NCBI RefSeq assembly: GCF_964204645.1 | Contig: NC_134025.1 | Coordinates: forward strand, 11,656,001 to 11,720,000 | Direction of reading: 5' to 3' | From: Tubulanus polymorphus | Lineage: Eukaryota > Animalia > Nemertea | DNA: 64,000 nucleotides | In this document: positions 35,720-48,324 of the stretch, one piece after another | Layout: every line of letters begins with the position of its first letter | How positions within the stretch are numbered: the stretch's first letter is position 1 | Made by a program: the position numbers and the translations under genes | Notes under the pieces: model-generated | The model's input: only the letters and a program-made list of their open reading frames with translations | What the model was told of the DNA's origin: nothing | Databases searched by the model: none

Positions 35720-36840
35720 TATAATAATAATAAAAATAATCATAAAAAAGTTAATACACTTATACCCATTCTAAATTCTATAATATTTCAAATAATAATT
35801 TTATTCTATTTTATAAATTTATATTCAGTGTTAGATTGTTAAACTGTTTAAGTATTAAATTGAGTAGATTGTATATTCATAAACTAAATGATAAAATAAG
35901 AAATTAGACTGTTAAATTAGCTAAAAATATAAAATATATTAGTTGAAAATATAAAATATATTGGCTGAAATATTAGTTAATTAAAAAGGGGGTTTTAAGT
36001 ATTAAGGTATCTAATACGTATTAAATACGTATCAAATACAAATTATGCTTTATTTCTGAAATATTGAAGTCTCATAAGTAATTTATTCATATATGATATT
36101 AGTAGTATCTTTACGCAGCACTAGACTAATATGAGTGATACTAAGTTAGTTGGTTTATTGTTTTTCTAGTATTATTTTAGTCAAATGTAAAGAAACTTAA
36201 AGTAAACAAGAATTAATAAAAAAACATTAGAATTATAATAACTTTCTTTAACCAATACTATCATATTCAATTCTAATGTTTTTCTAGTTGAATCTATTTA
36301 AAATATTATTTAACCCAGTTAGCAAATAGAAACAATAACTAGTATCATTGTAAAGATAAATAACATATTCTAGTGCTGTGTAAAGAATATGATATTTATC
36401 TGGTAGATTCATAGAATTACTATAAAAATAAATATATATTTGAATATAATTTATGCCTTTCCAGTGTTGAAGTATAAAATATATTGATAGAAAATATAAA
36501 TTATATAAGCTGAAAATATATGATATATTAGTTAAAAAATATGAATATGAAAGAATTTAGAATGTGTATAAATGTACGAGTGTACAAATGGTACGAATGG
36601 TACGAGTTCTTCCAATTCTTCCAATTCGTACACTCATACACTTATAAATATTAAATTGAGTAGATTGTGTATTCATAAATTAAGAATAAGACTGTTAAAT
36701 TGGTTGAAAATATAAAATATATTGGCTGAAATATGTTTAAAATATTAGTTAATTAGAAAAGGGGGTTTTAGGTATTAATGTATTAAATACATATTAATAC
36801 GTATTTAATTTATTTCCTCTGTGAAATTTAAATTATTATA
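35720..36840 (+). other. Extremely AT-rich non-coding continuation of the virus-like segment, with hairpins and direct repeats
   Basis: Contiguous with the small ORF in copy B; IRs aaaaacattagaatt/aattctaatgttttt and tgtacgagtgtac/gtacactcataca; repeated aaattgagtagattgt and aaaagggggtttt blocks. Confidence 0.6.
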
Positions 36841-37045
36841 TTGCTAGACCCTCGTGAAACTGGCTGTGTTACCCAGCCTCTAACTGTCCAGCGGACCCGA
36901 ACATCCAAACATATAACTTATTCAGTTTTATTTCTACTGTGAATATTTAAACTACATACTAATGTATACATATTGCTATACCCTCGTGGAACTGGCTGTG
37001 TTGCCCAGCCTTTAACGGTCCAGCGGACCCAAACACCCAAACAAA
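36841..37045. repeat. Tandem dimer of a ~131-bp unit with two short hairpins
   Basis: ttgcta(g/t)accctcgtg...ggctgtgtt.cccagcc...gtccagcggac occurs twice; also at 57540-57745. Confidence 0.75.
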
Positions 37046-37634
37046 CCAGTGGCGTAATGACTCACCACACCAGTGGTTGTAGTGAACACGTATATTTGCG
37101 ACTTGAATATCTGTCACGCATGGTTAGAGGTCATTTTTGCGACGTTAATTTACGTCACAAGTGGTAATGAAGAGGTTAAAAGCTAATCACCACCTAGTCA
37201 GTAACCTGTCTGTGGCTTAGTTTCACGATTGGATATGTTGGTATAATAAGCCCATCCAATTATAAAAGGCTTACCACCAACGATTAGGTAACTGACTAAC
37301 CACCACCAACATTTAAGTTACTCCAGCAAGTAGTATGCCTGGTGACTAATTGGGCCATAGGCCTAATGGATTTTCTACCTGATTTTCTATTTGAAAACAA
37401 ATTTTCTATTTGTTTTGGCGCTATAAAAAAATGATGCTTTTATTTTGCGAGGTCAAGAAAACAAATATTTAGTGCGAGGAAACAAATTTTGCCTTGGACT
37501 ATTTGTTTTATTGCTATGAAATTGGTTTACTCGCTGTAAGATTTGTTTTGGTTAGGTTGAGAAGAGCGGTGCGATGCAGATTAGAGCAATTCTATATCTG
37601 ACTGCCAATGGAAACGTGTTGTAGTAGCCTTAGC

Positions 37635-37868
37635 CAGGGCTGCCATTCTGTGAAATGTATTAGTACTATCAGTAACAAATCGAATGTTTTTCAGTAACAT
37701 TTCATTGAAATATGAAAGAAAATGTTCAAATTAATGAGTAATCAACAGTAAGACTCTCAGTAACATTTTTCATATTTCTGTATGCATCAAATAAAAAAAA
37801 TCATTATTTCTCATTACAAAATAGTAGGCCCAACAAATACTGAAAATCAGGAACAGTTGGCAGCTCTG
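37635..37868. mobile_element. hAT-like MITE (duplicate at 58284-58517)
   Basis: CAGGGCTGCCA ... TGGCAGCTCTG, flanks ccttagc / ctttagc. Confidence 0.65.
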
Positions 37869-37997
37869 CTTTAGCGTGTTCATTGCATATAAGAATGGCA
37901 GACAGCTTGCATCTCTGTAGATTCACACTTTTGACATCAACATTACATGCATGTATCTACATAGACTAGAATGATGTGGAGAAATGAAATCTGATTA

Positions 37998-38232
37998 GGG
38001 GCAGTCCATAAAAGACTTCCACACAAGATAACAAAAATTTTACCCCATGTCCACAGAATGTTTTCTTTGCACTAACCCTTGTCCATCAAACAAAAAACAA
38101 ACAATTAAGGATATCGGATATCCAGATTAAACAAGGATGTTCATGACAACCTCCCTCCCCTTGCCGACGAAATTCAAAATTTCACAAGCTCCCCTCCCCG
38201 CTCGACCTTGGAAATCTTTTATTGACAGCTCC
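37998..38232. mobile_element. Harbinger/ISL2EU-like MITE (duplicate near 58647-58884)
   Basis: tta|ggggcagtccataaaagacttcca ... tggaaatcttttattgacagctcc|taa; related decayed copy near 38685-38848. Confidence 0.55.
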
Positions 38233-39107
38233 TAAAGATAATACTTCATTAGCCGAATCAAAATTTGTATCCTTTGAACAATAATTCCAGATTATCGTCG
38301 TAGGAACATGAATGCCATAACAATTCCATATGTCTCATTCAATAGATTGATAAATTGATTTTAAGTCAGCTAGGCTGCCATCGCATCACTTATCATCATA
38401 ATGACAAACATGTGTATCATGTCAGTTGGTAGTCAGATGTTCAACAACTGACCTGACCTTGTATCGTAATGACATGCCTGCACTATATTCTCGACCTCAC
38501 CAAATTCAGTCTCGAGAAATCAAATATTCAGAGAGAGAAAACAAACTTGTTTTCTTGCTATCGTACGAAATTTCTTCCACAGTGTTTGCCCTTGAATCAG
38601 TCACAATAGCTAGCGTAATGCGAACTTGAAGTAATCATCATTGCATTAAACTTGAACTTAATAAGTAGAGAACGCAGATAGCCTAGGTTACCCATAAAAG
38701 ATGTCCCTTTGATGATCACCTGCTTGATCACCTGCTTGAAGGAGGATGTCCATAACAACACCCCCTAATTCCCCTTGTCCACTAGTCCAAATTTCACTAA
38801 ACCCCCCCCCCCCCCACTCGACCTTGGATATCTTTTATTGACAGACTATAAGTCTTATAGCGAGAAATCAAATATTCAGAAGAAGAAAACGAAATTGGTT
38901 TCTCGTTGCCGTACAGAATTTGTTTACTCAGTTTTTGCCCTTACACAGCGCGATACACAGTTTTTGCCCTCAAATCAGACACAATAACCAGCACAATATA
39001 TGTTGAACGGATGGATAATGACATTGATTTTTTGGGGCCTAGCTACGGCTTGTTACTAATGAATATGCTCCCTTCATTTTCAGGTCCTAATTACGCAGCT
39101 GAACTGA

Positions 39108-42100
39108 ATGACGTATGGAGAAATGGATATCGATGGTGTATACAGTCACATCGGTGAATTCGGCCCACGACAGAAGAAAATATTTTTTTTCCTACAACTG
39201 ACTCTGCAGCCGTTCCTTTCGTTCCACGTGCTGCATATGATATTCATCGGAGCCGCAACCAATTTCACCTGTTTCGACAAGGGTGGACGCGAATTGCCGG
39301 AGAAAGACCAGTGTTCCGATAAATGTCGTGCCAGCAACGAAGGAACCATTTATCTGTATTCGAGTAAATTCACGTCTATTATGAGTGAGGTAAAAATTAA
39401 TTCTGTTGCATCTTACGCAGTGTTTTCTGTATCAATCTGCAGCCTGGTAAAACCGTCTGCCCTCTTTTCGCCAGCTGAATTCATGTCAATTACTTATTCA
39501 ATATTTGAAAGTATGTTCATAGATAGTTGAATGTGTAGGTTTGTTGTCCGTTTGTTCGTTCATATCCAATTAACCCAGTTGAATTCTGGTCGATCAAAAA
39601 TTGAATGAATGGTGATAAAGTAAAGAAGGTTTTAGTGTACCCAACTTGACAAGAGTGAACACTGACAAAACCTCATAATTGGAAAAGTTATCATTTAACC
39701 TAAGGCATCTCATATTATTTTAATATTGTGCCTGCCTAGAACTCACTATAACAAGCTCACACATTAGCAAAATGCAGTGTCTTAGGATTAAAAGAGGAAC
39801 AATTTCTCTGTTCATGGAATTTTGAACATAGATGAAGGTCCTCAGACCCTGCCGCATACTTCAGCTCTCTCAACTGGTAAAAGAGCTGCCGTTTTTAATG
39901 CTGTTCCAAAATCCTTAGAATCGACGCTTTTATTTTCATAACTAGTGGAATCTGGTCTGCGACAACTCGTACAAAGTCGGACTCGTGCAAAGCGTATTCA
40001 TGTCCGGAGCACTAATCAGTGCGTTTGTATTTGGAATATTGGCCGACAAGTACGGACGCTTGAAGATGTTCTACTACACTCTAATCGGAATGACAATTTT
40101 CTCGACGATGAGCGCATTCGCGCCGAGCTACACGACGTACGTCGCGTTGAGATTTTTCACCGGTTTCCACTGCGGCGGCTGTAATCTGGTGTCGTTTGTT
40201 CTGATGACTGAGATCATCGGAAAGTCATCGCGCGGATTGTGCGGTTTTCTGATGCCGATATTCTTCGCGTGGGGTATTCTCATCTACGTGTTGTTGGCGT
40301 ATTATATTCGCGCGTGGAGACACTTGGCTTTTGTGACATCGGCTGTCGGATTTCTCGGTATGTTTTACTATTGGTAAGTTATGTCTTGTTCATGTGCCTC
40401 CTCAGTGAAGAGGCAACAAAAACCAACTTAAAAAGAATTTAATAAGTAACTGAAAATTTTGTCAACTTGGCATTGTTTAAATAACCAACTGTCATTGCAC
40501 AGGCCAAATACCTTGCTCAAAAGATCTTATGCCCTTTGTACATCCCTTTCTGTGCTGTCAGTCACAAATGCTCTTCGTGCAACGTTTTTGATCCATAGAT
40601 AGATTTTGAATCGCTTCAAAAAAATACAAATAACGAATTTTAATCGTAGATGGACATCGCACCTTTTTTTGTGGCAAAGCCTTTAGCCAAATGCTGGAAT
40701 TATGGTTCCACTGTTGGCAATTAAACTATGATATGACTGTTCATTTTGATTGAATGCAGAAAATTTGAAATAGATGTAAAATGTATTCTAATTTCACTAG
40801 ATTAATTCAATAAGCATTGTACGGTATGATTAGCATTGTTTATTCAAGGTTGTTGCCAGAAAGTCCTCGTTGGTTAATTGCTCAAAACCGAATTGAGGAA
40901 GCGGAAGTCATTCTCAGAGATATCGCTCGGCGTAACGGTTCATCCTATCCGCTTGACCAGATCAAGTTGGCGGCTCCGAAGAAAGGCAATGGGCAGCAGA
41001 AAAAATATTCGATGAATGATATTTGGCATTATCCCTACATAAGGAATTTGACTTTAGTACAAATTTTCTCCTGGTAAGTCACTTATATCGTTGATTAAGT
41101 GGTTTTAATCTGACTAATCCTTCTTCACAGTTACAGTGTATGCAGTACTGATCCTTACACTTGCGCTGCTATGAAATATTCCAGCACAATCCACCTGCTT
41201 GCTTTATATTATAACCTAGCAAAAAGAATTACGGAAAATATTTTGATGAGATTTATCTGTTTATTTTCTTTGTCAATGTCAGGTGTTCGTTTGTGGTGCT
41301 CTATAAATACAATGCCATTCATCGTTAGCAGTGTAAGAATGTTAATTTCGAGTTGTTTTCTTTTTAAAATTAAAGGTTTGTTAACAGTGCTGTGTACTAT
41401 GGTTTGACGATGAGTGCCGGAAACCTTGGAAGTAACATGTATATAAGCGTTGGGCTGTCGGGACTTGTTGAAGTGCCGTCGTACCTATTTTGTATAGGTT
41501 TATTGAACAGGTTTGTATGAAAGTTATTTATGAGTCGCTAACTTATCAAAACCCTGTAATTTTCGTTGAAAAATGTACTGCACAACATGTCAATTTTTTC
41601 AATGTTTTTCTTCCCAGAGTTGGGCGAAAACTGATTATATGTATGTCTATGTTGGTTGGTGGTGTGTCTTGCATGTTGGTTATGCTAATTCCACAAGGTA
41701 ACTCATTATTTCACTTCTGCATTATGCCATTGGTATCAAAAGCAGTGAAAGAATTTTTTTCAAGGAGTTGATAAGCGATGACTAGTCATGAAGGGTATTG
41801 CAAAAAGAAAAAGAGAGGGCAGTAGAGGTGGCAGTCAAAAACACTTTCGTAGTCCCATTTTGAATACTGTGGGTTGATTTTGCTTCATTTTTTCGCATAA
41901 TCCAGCACTTGTGTTCTCACTTTCTATTTCAGCATATTCAACATTTGCAACAGCTTGTGCACTGATTGGCAAACTAGCAATTGCAGCATCATTCGCCATT
42001 ATTTACGTACATTCCGCAGAAATATTTCCAACTGTTATTAGGTACGTGATTGTATTGCCTTCGCATGTGTTAACATCTGCGAACTTGAAGTTGCTTAAAG

Positions 42101-44798
42101 ATAACACCGGTGGAAATAGCAATCATCAATCATGGCGCGCATACTGGTGCGAATCTGAAAGTTTGTGACGTCATTTCATAAATAAATAAAGAAGGAAGGC
42201 TCAGAGAATATCCAAATCACAGGTTACTGTGAATAACTGGGGTTCGACCATTCACAAGTTAAAAATGTACTTCCTTGTTTGTGAAGTAAGTTTATTCAAA
42301 CTTTTATTAAAAGCAGTCCCTTTTAAACATTCTATCATAGTATAGTTTTATTCGTGGATATCAATACTTCGAAAAAATCAACAGCGGTTTATCTATTTAC
42401 CGTACCGGTACGCATTTTCTTACCGGTAATTGAATTGAATTGGTCCAAAAGGCGGGTAGACTGGTCGCCTGTCCATTTCTGCGCCACCTGCATTCGCAGT
42501 CAGAAGAACTGAAGGTAGAGACCGGCAACCAGTCTAAAAGGCGGGTCATACTAGTTAGCGTCAGAAAATGTCAGCGTCGGTGATACCTTGTTATCGTCGA
42601 TATTAAACGGTCTAAAGTCAGTTTATACATTACATACATTACAAATTGGCGGTCCCTTGTACATGTACATCACATCGTGACGCAGCGGCGATGGTTATGT
42701 CATAGAAGAACAAAGTCAGTTGAAAACGTCAATTTCATATGTGAATTGTAGTCCCCATCTGATCGCTTGACTTGTCAGACTGACTTGTCACTCCTCTACT
42801 AATAGTAACACTACAAGGCCTTCCCTCCTGCATAGTTTACCCTATAGGCCAAATTTGTGCTTTGGGCCAAATTCGGTTTTCTTAACTAGTCGACTTTTTT
42901 TGGAACTAATAACAACCGAATATGTGCTTAAACTGTCACTAGGAATTGGTAAAATCACCATAGCTTCGTTCTTCTCGATGTTATTTCCCCCAAAACCTGG
43001 CACATTAGTACTTTGCGCGTAGTAGCACATGTGGGTCAACATATCCATGTTGTGAGTTGACCCCTAGGTGGCACTCATTAAAAAAAATGGAATGTAACGA
43101 ACTGATTTCGGGGATCAGCTGCGAGTTTCTTCTCATCATGAGAATCAAATCGAGTACAAATTAATTTATTACTACCAGTGATTTGGCTGCAGGCTCCAAG
43201 CAGTTAGTTTAACAATACCTATTTTTCTTTACCAAATTAACCGTGTTATTTACTAAGATAAAATCATTAGTGTACCGGGGAGTCGTAGGCCTAAACTAAA
43301 CACGCCGAAGAGATATAGCGGAGAAAAGCTGTTGTGTCGACGAGGTATCAAAATAAAAGAATATATTACTTTATTCGGCCGCGGGCTTCAACCTCTATAT
43401 CAATACCATCAATACTCTATATTTCCTACAGTACATACTGATCATTGTCAAATGCACAAGGTATTTACTAAATACAAGTATATAACACACTCCTATCCGT
43501 ATGCTGGACTCACACTTGACATTCGGAGTAAGCGTTCGCTGTGGGGGAAAGGAGATCGTTCGCTGTCTCGCTTGAAGTATTTATCGAGTTTTACGCGACC
43601 TTAAGGATTTAGGCCTACCGGTACTGAGCTTTACTGTCTCAAACAAACACAGTATAATGGTTGCGTTTATTAACAGACTCATTGGATTGAACTTCAGAAA
43701 AAAATTTACGATATTTAGGTGGGTTGTTATTCAATAGGCCTACGACCAATCTGTCCGGATGTTAGGACTACGCATATACATAGGCCTACATAGGCTAGTA
43801 GCCTCTACTAGGTTAATGCTGAGTTCACTTAAGTAAAGGAGGAATCAGATTTATTAAAATGCATGTTAATTAGTGAATAACTGGTTGTGACTTGCAACGA
43901 TCAATCACATTTTTTGTCAGAATGAAGAAAAGTTTTGGTTCAAACAAAAAATGTATTGTTCGATCAAACTGAATTGTTTTCACTCGAACAAGATTTTCTT
44001 GTCGGAACATTAAGTTTTTTGGTCGAACAGCGTGTTAAGGTCGTTTTGGAAATTTACTCGGTCTGGTATATTTTGGATAACTGTGTATGTCATCTGTCAG
44101 GACATTAAACAGAAGACGACTTAGGATACTACCTTGCGTGACTCTACTAGTTAGACCGACTTATTCCAAGATGAGGCGTTCCGGTGATTTCGGCTACAAG
44201 TTTTCGTTCAGAGATAACTGCTGAGCCATTTGGGCGACCTATCATTGATACTGTTTCTTAATAGCCTGTTTAGTAATGGCTGATGTTGTGCCTTATCAAA
44301 TGCTTTGTCGAAATCCACCATTGAACAGGATTCTAAGACCGTTATCGCTGCTTTGCAGCTATATTTCTGGAATTTTATTTTCATTTTTTCAGGAATATGG
44401 CGCTAGGCATATCAAGTTGCGGTGCTCGATTTGGTGGCATAGTGGCTCCTATGATTGCATCGTTGGTAAGGACATATTGTACATTGAATTTGTACACAAA
44501 ACATATTTTGTATGAAAATGTTACATCATATGTTATCCTTGTATATTTCTAGTCGACAGTCAGTTCAGCACTTCCATTTCTGGTGTTTGGGTGCATGGCA
44601 TTTTCCGCAGGAGTTCTGAATTTCTATTTACCGGAGACGAAAGGCCAGCCTATGCCGGAAACCATCGACGATGTTCTGATGATGGGCCCCAAAAAACGCC
44701 GACAGGAGCAACAACTGAGCAGTTCTAAGAAGCATGTTGTTAAATTACTGGATAGCCCTGCGAACGGCGAAAAGCTCAGTCAGGTTTTAAGCCTATAA
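39108..44798 (+). CDS. SLC22-family organic cation/zwitterion transporter (SLC22A15-like), copy A, 8 coding exons, 525 aa
   Basis: Exons 39108-39389, 39946-40373, 40849-41073, 41376-41510, 41618-41697, 41933-42041, 44393-44465, 44553-44798, all GT-AG and in phase. Motifs IGEFGPRQ, SIMSEWNLVC, LADKYGR, LPESPRWL, AEIFPTVIRN, LPETKG. Confidence 0.93.
42457..42536. mobile_element. 80-bp MITE with TAG termini and 9-bp TSD (AcademH-like)
   Basis: aaaggcggg|TAGACTGGTCGCC ... GGCAACCAGTCTA|aaaggcggg. Confidence 0.7.
43913..44368 (-). pseudogene. Dispersed repeat with CR1/L2-type RT fragment in SLC22 copy A intron
   Basis: MVDFDKAFDKAQHQPLLNRL...KWLSSYL and VTQGSILSRLLFNVLTDD on the minus strand; absent from the copy B intron. 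Confidence 0.65.
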
Positions 44799-46984
44799 AG
44801 AAAATACACTATGTGTATGTAAAATGAATTTTAAATTCATGATGAAGGTATCCTAATAAAGCCACCATGTGGTGTTCATTTTTGAACTGCTGGATATCTG
44901 ATTGATGTACTATAGTGAAACCTCATTATAGTTATATTTTAGTTATTATAGAAAGTTATTTGCTTTTTTTATCACTTGAGTACTGTTGTTCAAAGTTGCA
45001 GCCGGGTCTCCAGCACTATAGGGTATTAAATAGTCAGCAATGAAAGGGTTAACCGTAGAAAAATGTTTAGATGGCGCCACTCGCCATGATTATCAGTATA
45101 TACTAGTATATGTAAGTGATTAGAAGCCTTCAATAGAAGATGCAAAATGTTAGAAAATTGAGGATAGAAACTGAGGAAAATGAAGTAAGTTAGTTCTATA
45201 TAATGAGGTTCCACAGTATTTAGAAAAAAATGAATAGAGAGAGTGGGTAGCATTGAATGATTATTTGTGATGTACTCTTTCGAGCCACAGGGGTTAAATC
45301 GTTGCCAATATCTCACAGCCAATACGGACTAAATTAATAAAATGTGAAAATTCAAAATCTCTCTAAAATTACTCTAAATGTTAATTTTTGTTGATTAAAC
45401 GCATAAATTTTGGTCAATTTTAACCTTAATAATTTGAAACAAGAATAATATCTGCATTGGCATCAATGTCAGTCCAAGTTCAAGTCCGAATCCGTAATTT
45501 ACACTCCCCTCATGCACCACGAAAAGCCGCCATATTTGTTATGTTGCTCACTTCAACTATTTTTTGAGGCGACTAGTCAAAAGGTTTGAGCTACTACGAT
45601 CGTCAAAAGCTACTTAGGATTACAAATTTATGCACAAACAATAGTTTACTTCCGTCTGATTACAGAGCAGTCAGTTTGAGGTACCGTAAGTTGATGGTGT
45701 TTTGCGGGGTAAAATAGACGCTCAAAGCCTCGTCCCTCAAAATGAGGGATGAAAATTAACCTAATATGAGCACTTTCGCCCTAGACGTATGGCTAGGTAC
45801 TAGTCTAACTCAAAGGGTACGTAACTCAATTAGGTTCAAACGTTATGTATAGTCTAAATGCAATTTTGATGGATTATGCAAGATAATCTTGTAAATTTTG
45901 TTATCATTGTTACTAACAGTACTGTTCGGCATCAGAAGTGAACCAAGTTTGATTGAGTTAAGATAGTTTATTTTCAATCATTTATCATTACTGACAGCAC
46001 CCTTGGATTTATGCATATCTATCAGATATTTTTCTGGATCTATTGATTTGAATGTTTACTTGCACATACTCTCTTAATATGTTTGTCAAAACAAACTGAG
46101 ACAAATGCAAGTGATCTAGATAAATAATAGCGGTTTCACATTTGGTGATATTTTGAATGTAAGAATGATAATTGTCATTTATAAAGCACAGGTATCCTGA
46201 CAAGAGCCAGTTCAAATGAGCTCCACATTTGGTATTTCCCCCAACCTATGACTCATTCATTCAATGTATCAGTCATCTCTCCCTGGGGAGAAGTAACATC
46301 TGAGCAGCTGCTAGGCTGAAACGAAAAGGCTTAAACTGTGTTTTCGTCCAATTCGACGATCAGCAGAAAGGTGTGCTCTACTATCGGAAGCGATCCTTTG
46401 TCGAACGTCTCTTAAAATCAGAATCCAGATGAGGAGAATACTAACTAGTATATTTCGATGATCTGACGTGAATATTATTTATTGATGTATGTCAAAGCTC
46501 GCGACTCGCAGGTCGGCCTTTTCGCTATAATATCCGGAGCTCACGACTCGCAGGTCGGCCCTGTTCTGATCTGATCTATCCTGAACTCAACTGAACTGAA
46601 CTGGACTGGACTTCCTGAACTATCTCAAAAATGTTAATTAAATGTTTATTAGTGATGACTAGAGTTGACATAAGCGTAAAACTGACATGTGAGAGAGTGC
46701 CAATCTTACAATAAACTATTCAGAACTATGATGATATTAATTATCTTTCTCCAAAGTTGGTAATTACTAAATCAATAGAGTATCTACTTCAATTGTTATT
46801 TTACTGATAATCATAAGATATACATCTGACATTGAAACTATAGTGTAAAATCCTCATTTCATAACAAGGCGCTCAGGAGTCATCTTTCGGGCCAGTTACC
46901 CCATTTAAGTTGAAAAATGTATTTCACGGTACACAAAATGTACACAATATATTACAACATGTATGTAAGGAAAGGTAGCCTGCT

Positions 46985-47830
46985 TTCATTTCCGCATTGG
47001 CTGGTTGGCACACATACATGTCACATGCAAGACCTCTATCCTGGATGTTTTAGGTGTCCGGACCCCTGCCTTCCAGTCAAGGTTACCCCTTTCATCAAAA
47101 CAGAGATCATTAAAACCTGCAAAATTGATTTCTTGGAAATTTCATCTTTTCGGAAGTATTTCTTCAAAAATATCGAAGACCGAGGGTCCCCGCTTGTGGC
47201 CTTCGGTGTGGCTACTCTGGACCTTCCAATTTTTGCTAGATTCGCCTCTCTATTCATAAAGTAGATGTTACCCGACAGCTCCACTTGCTTCGATCTTTTT
47301 AACGAATCTCTAGTCCTCTAAAATTTTACAAATGCAGCTATTCGAAAAAGAGTTCTGGTCTTTTGCAAAGAATTACGATTAAATCAAATATCATTATATT
47401 AACTTCTACTGGTATGATTGCATTTGGCATAGTTAATGTCTCCATTTAATCTCAACGGTAATTCAGTATGTATAGCTCATTTAGCCAATTCGAATGTAGA
47501 ATATTGATTCAAATGTTATTATGTGAAATCTTAAAGGTAGCGGTAATAGAATTAGTGAAATGAAAACTTTTCACTAAAAATTCTTGGTTCACAAAGTCTT
47601 AATTGTAAATTTACCGGGTATGCCCATGTTATCTTTGGGTCTGGCATCCCATTACTAGTAGGTGGTTTTGTGGGTTGCAAGTTGTTGCCGAATCTCACAA
47701 TTTGACATTTGACTAATGTTACATTAGGTATACCTATGTTACACATAACTTCAATGTTGTTGTGACATTTGAGCTGGCAAAGGATATTTGACTATGTGGA
47801 ATTTGGGAAGTCTGTCAACTTTCGTTCTAT
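46985..47830 (-). pseudogene. Possible decayed multi-exon gene remnant with a BEN-domain-like segment
   Basis: Exon-like blocks near 47760-47825, 47615-47730 and 46990-47315; last reads ...IFLKKYFRKDEISK then, after a frameshift, NFAGF..., loosely BEN-like. Confidence 0.25.
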
Positions 47831-48324
47831 AATTTAATATACCGGTATATAGAAATTAGAGGGTTGATAATGAGCATTCTTTGTGTTTGGTGTTTTATTG
47901 CCATGTTGTTCATATCTATATGTACTATATCTATATATTTATACAGTTTTACCGAAAAGTTTTTAAAAATTATACTCTAAATAAGGAAATGAATAAAGTC
48001 ATTAAATGGTTATTCATTTATATTTGTTGGTTATAACATTCATTATTCTTTTCATTCTGGCTTTTCATTCTATCTAGTGAAAAATTGCAAGATGGCGGCG
48101 CCCATAGACGTCATGTTCTCATCGCTGCACTAAATTTAACTTAAGTTTGGCTGAATAGAATACTTTACCCGGAAAACTAACTTTGCGCAAGTTGCGCAAT
48201 TGTAACTGCATTACAGGGGATCATCTTGATCATCTTGATTACGAAGATATGTGTACTCCTTGCCGTACAAGGTTAGGAGACCAAGAAACGAACGAACTAA
48301 CTATAAAGACGAAGGCAAATCAAA

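Larger units (their letters stand above)
19841..44891 (+). repeat. Segmental duplication copy A (shared blocks 19841-20230 and ~35720-44891, with copy-specific insertions)
   Basis: 19841-20230 matches 54389-55130; 35720-44891 matches about 56445-64000 at high identity. Confidence 0.9.
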
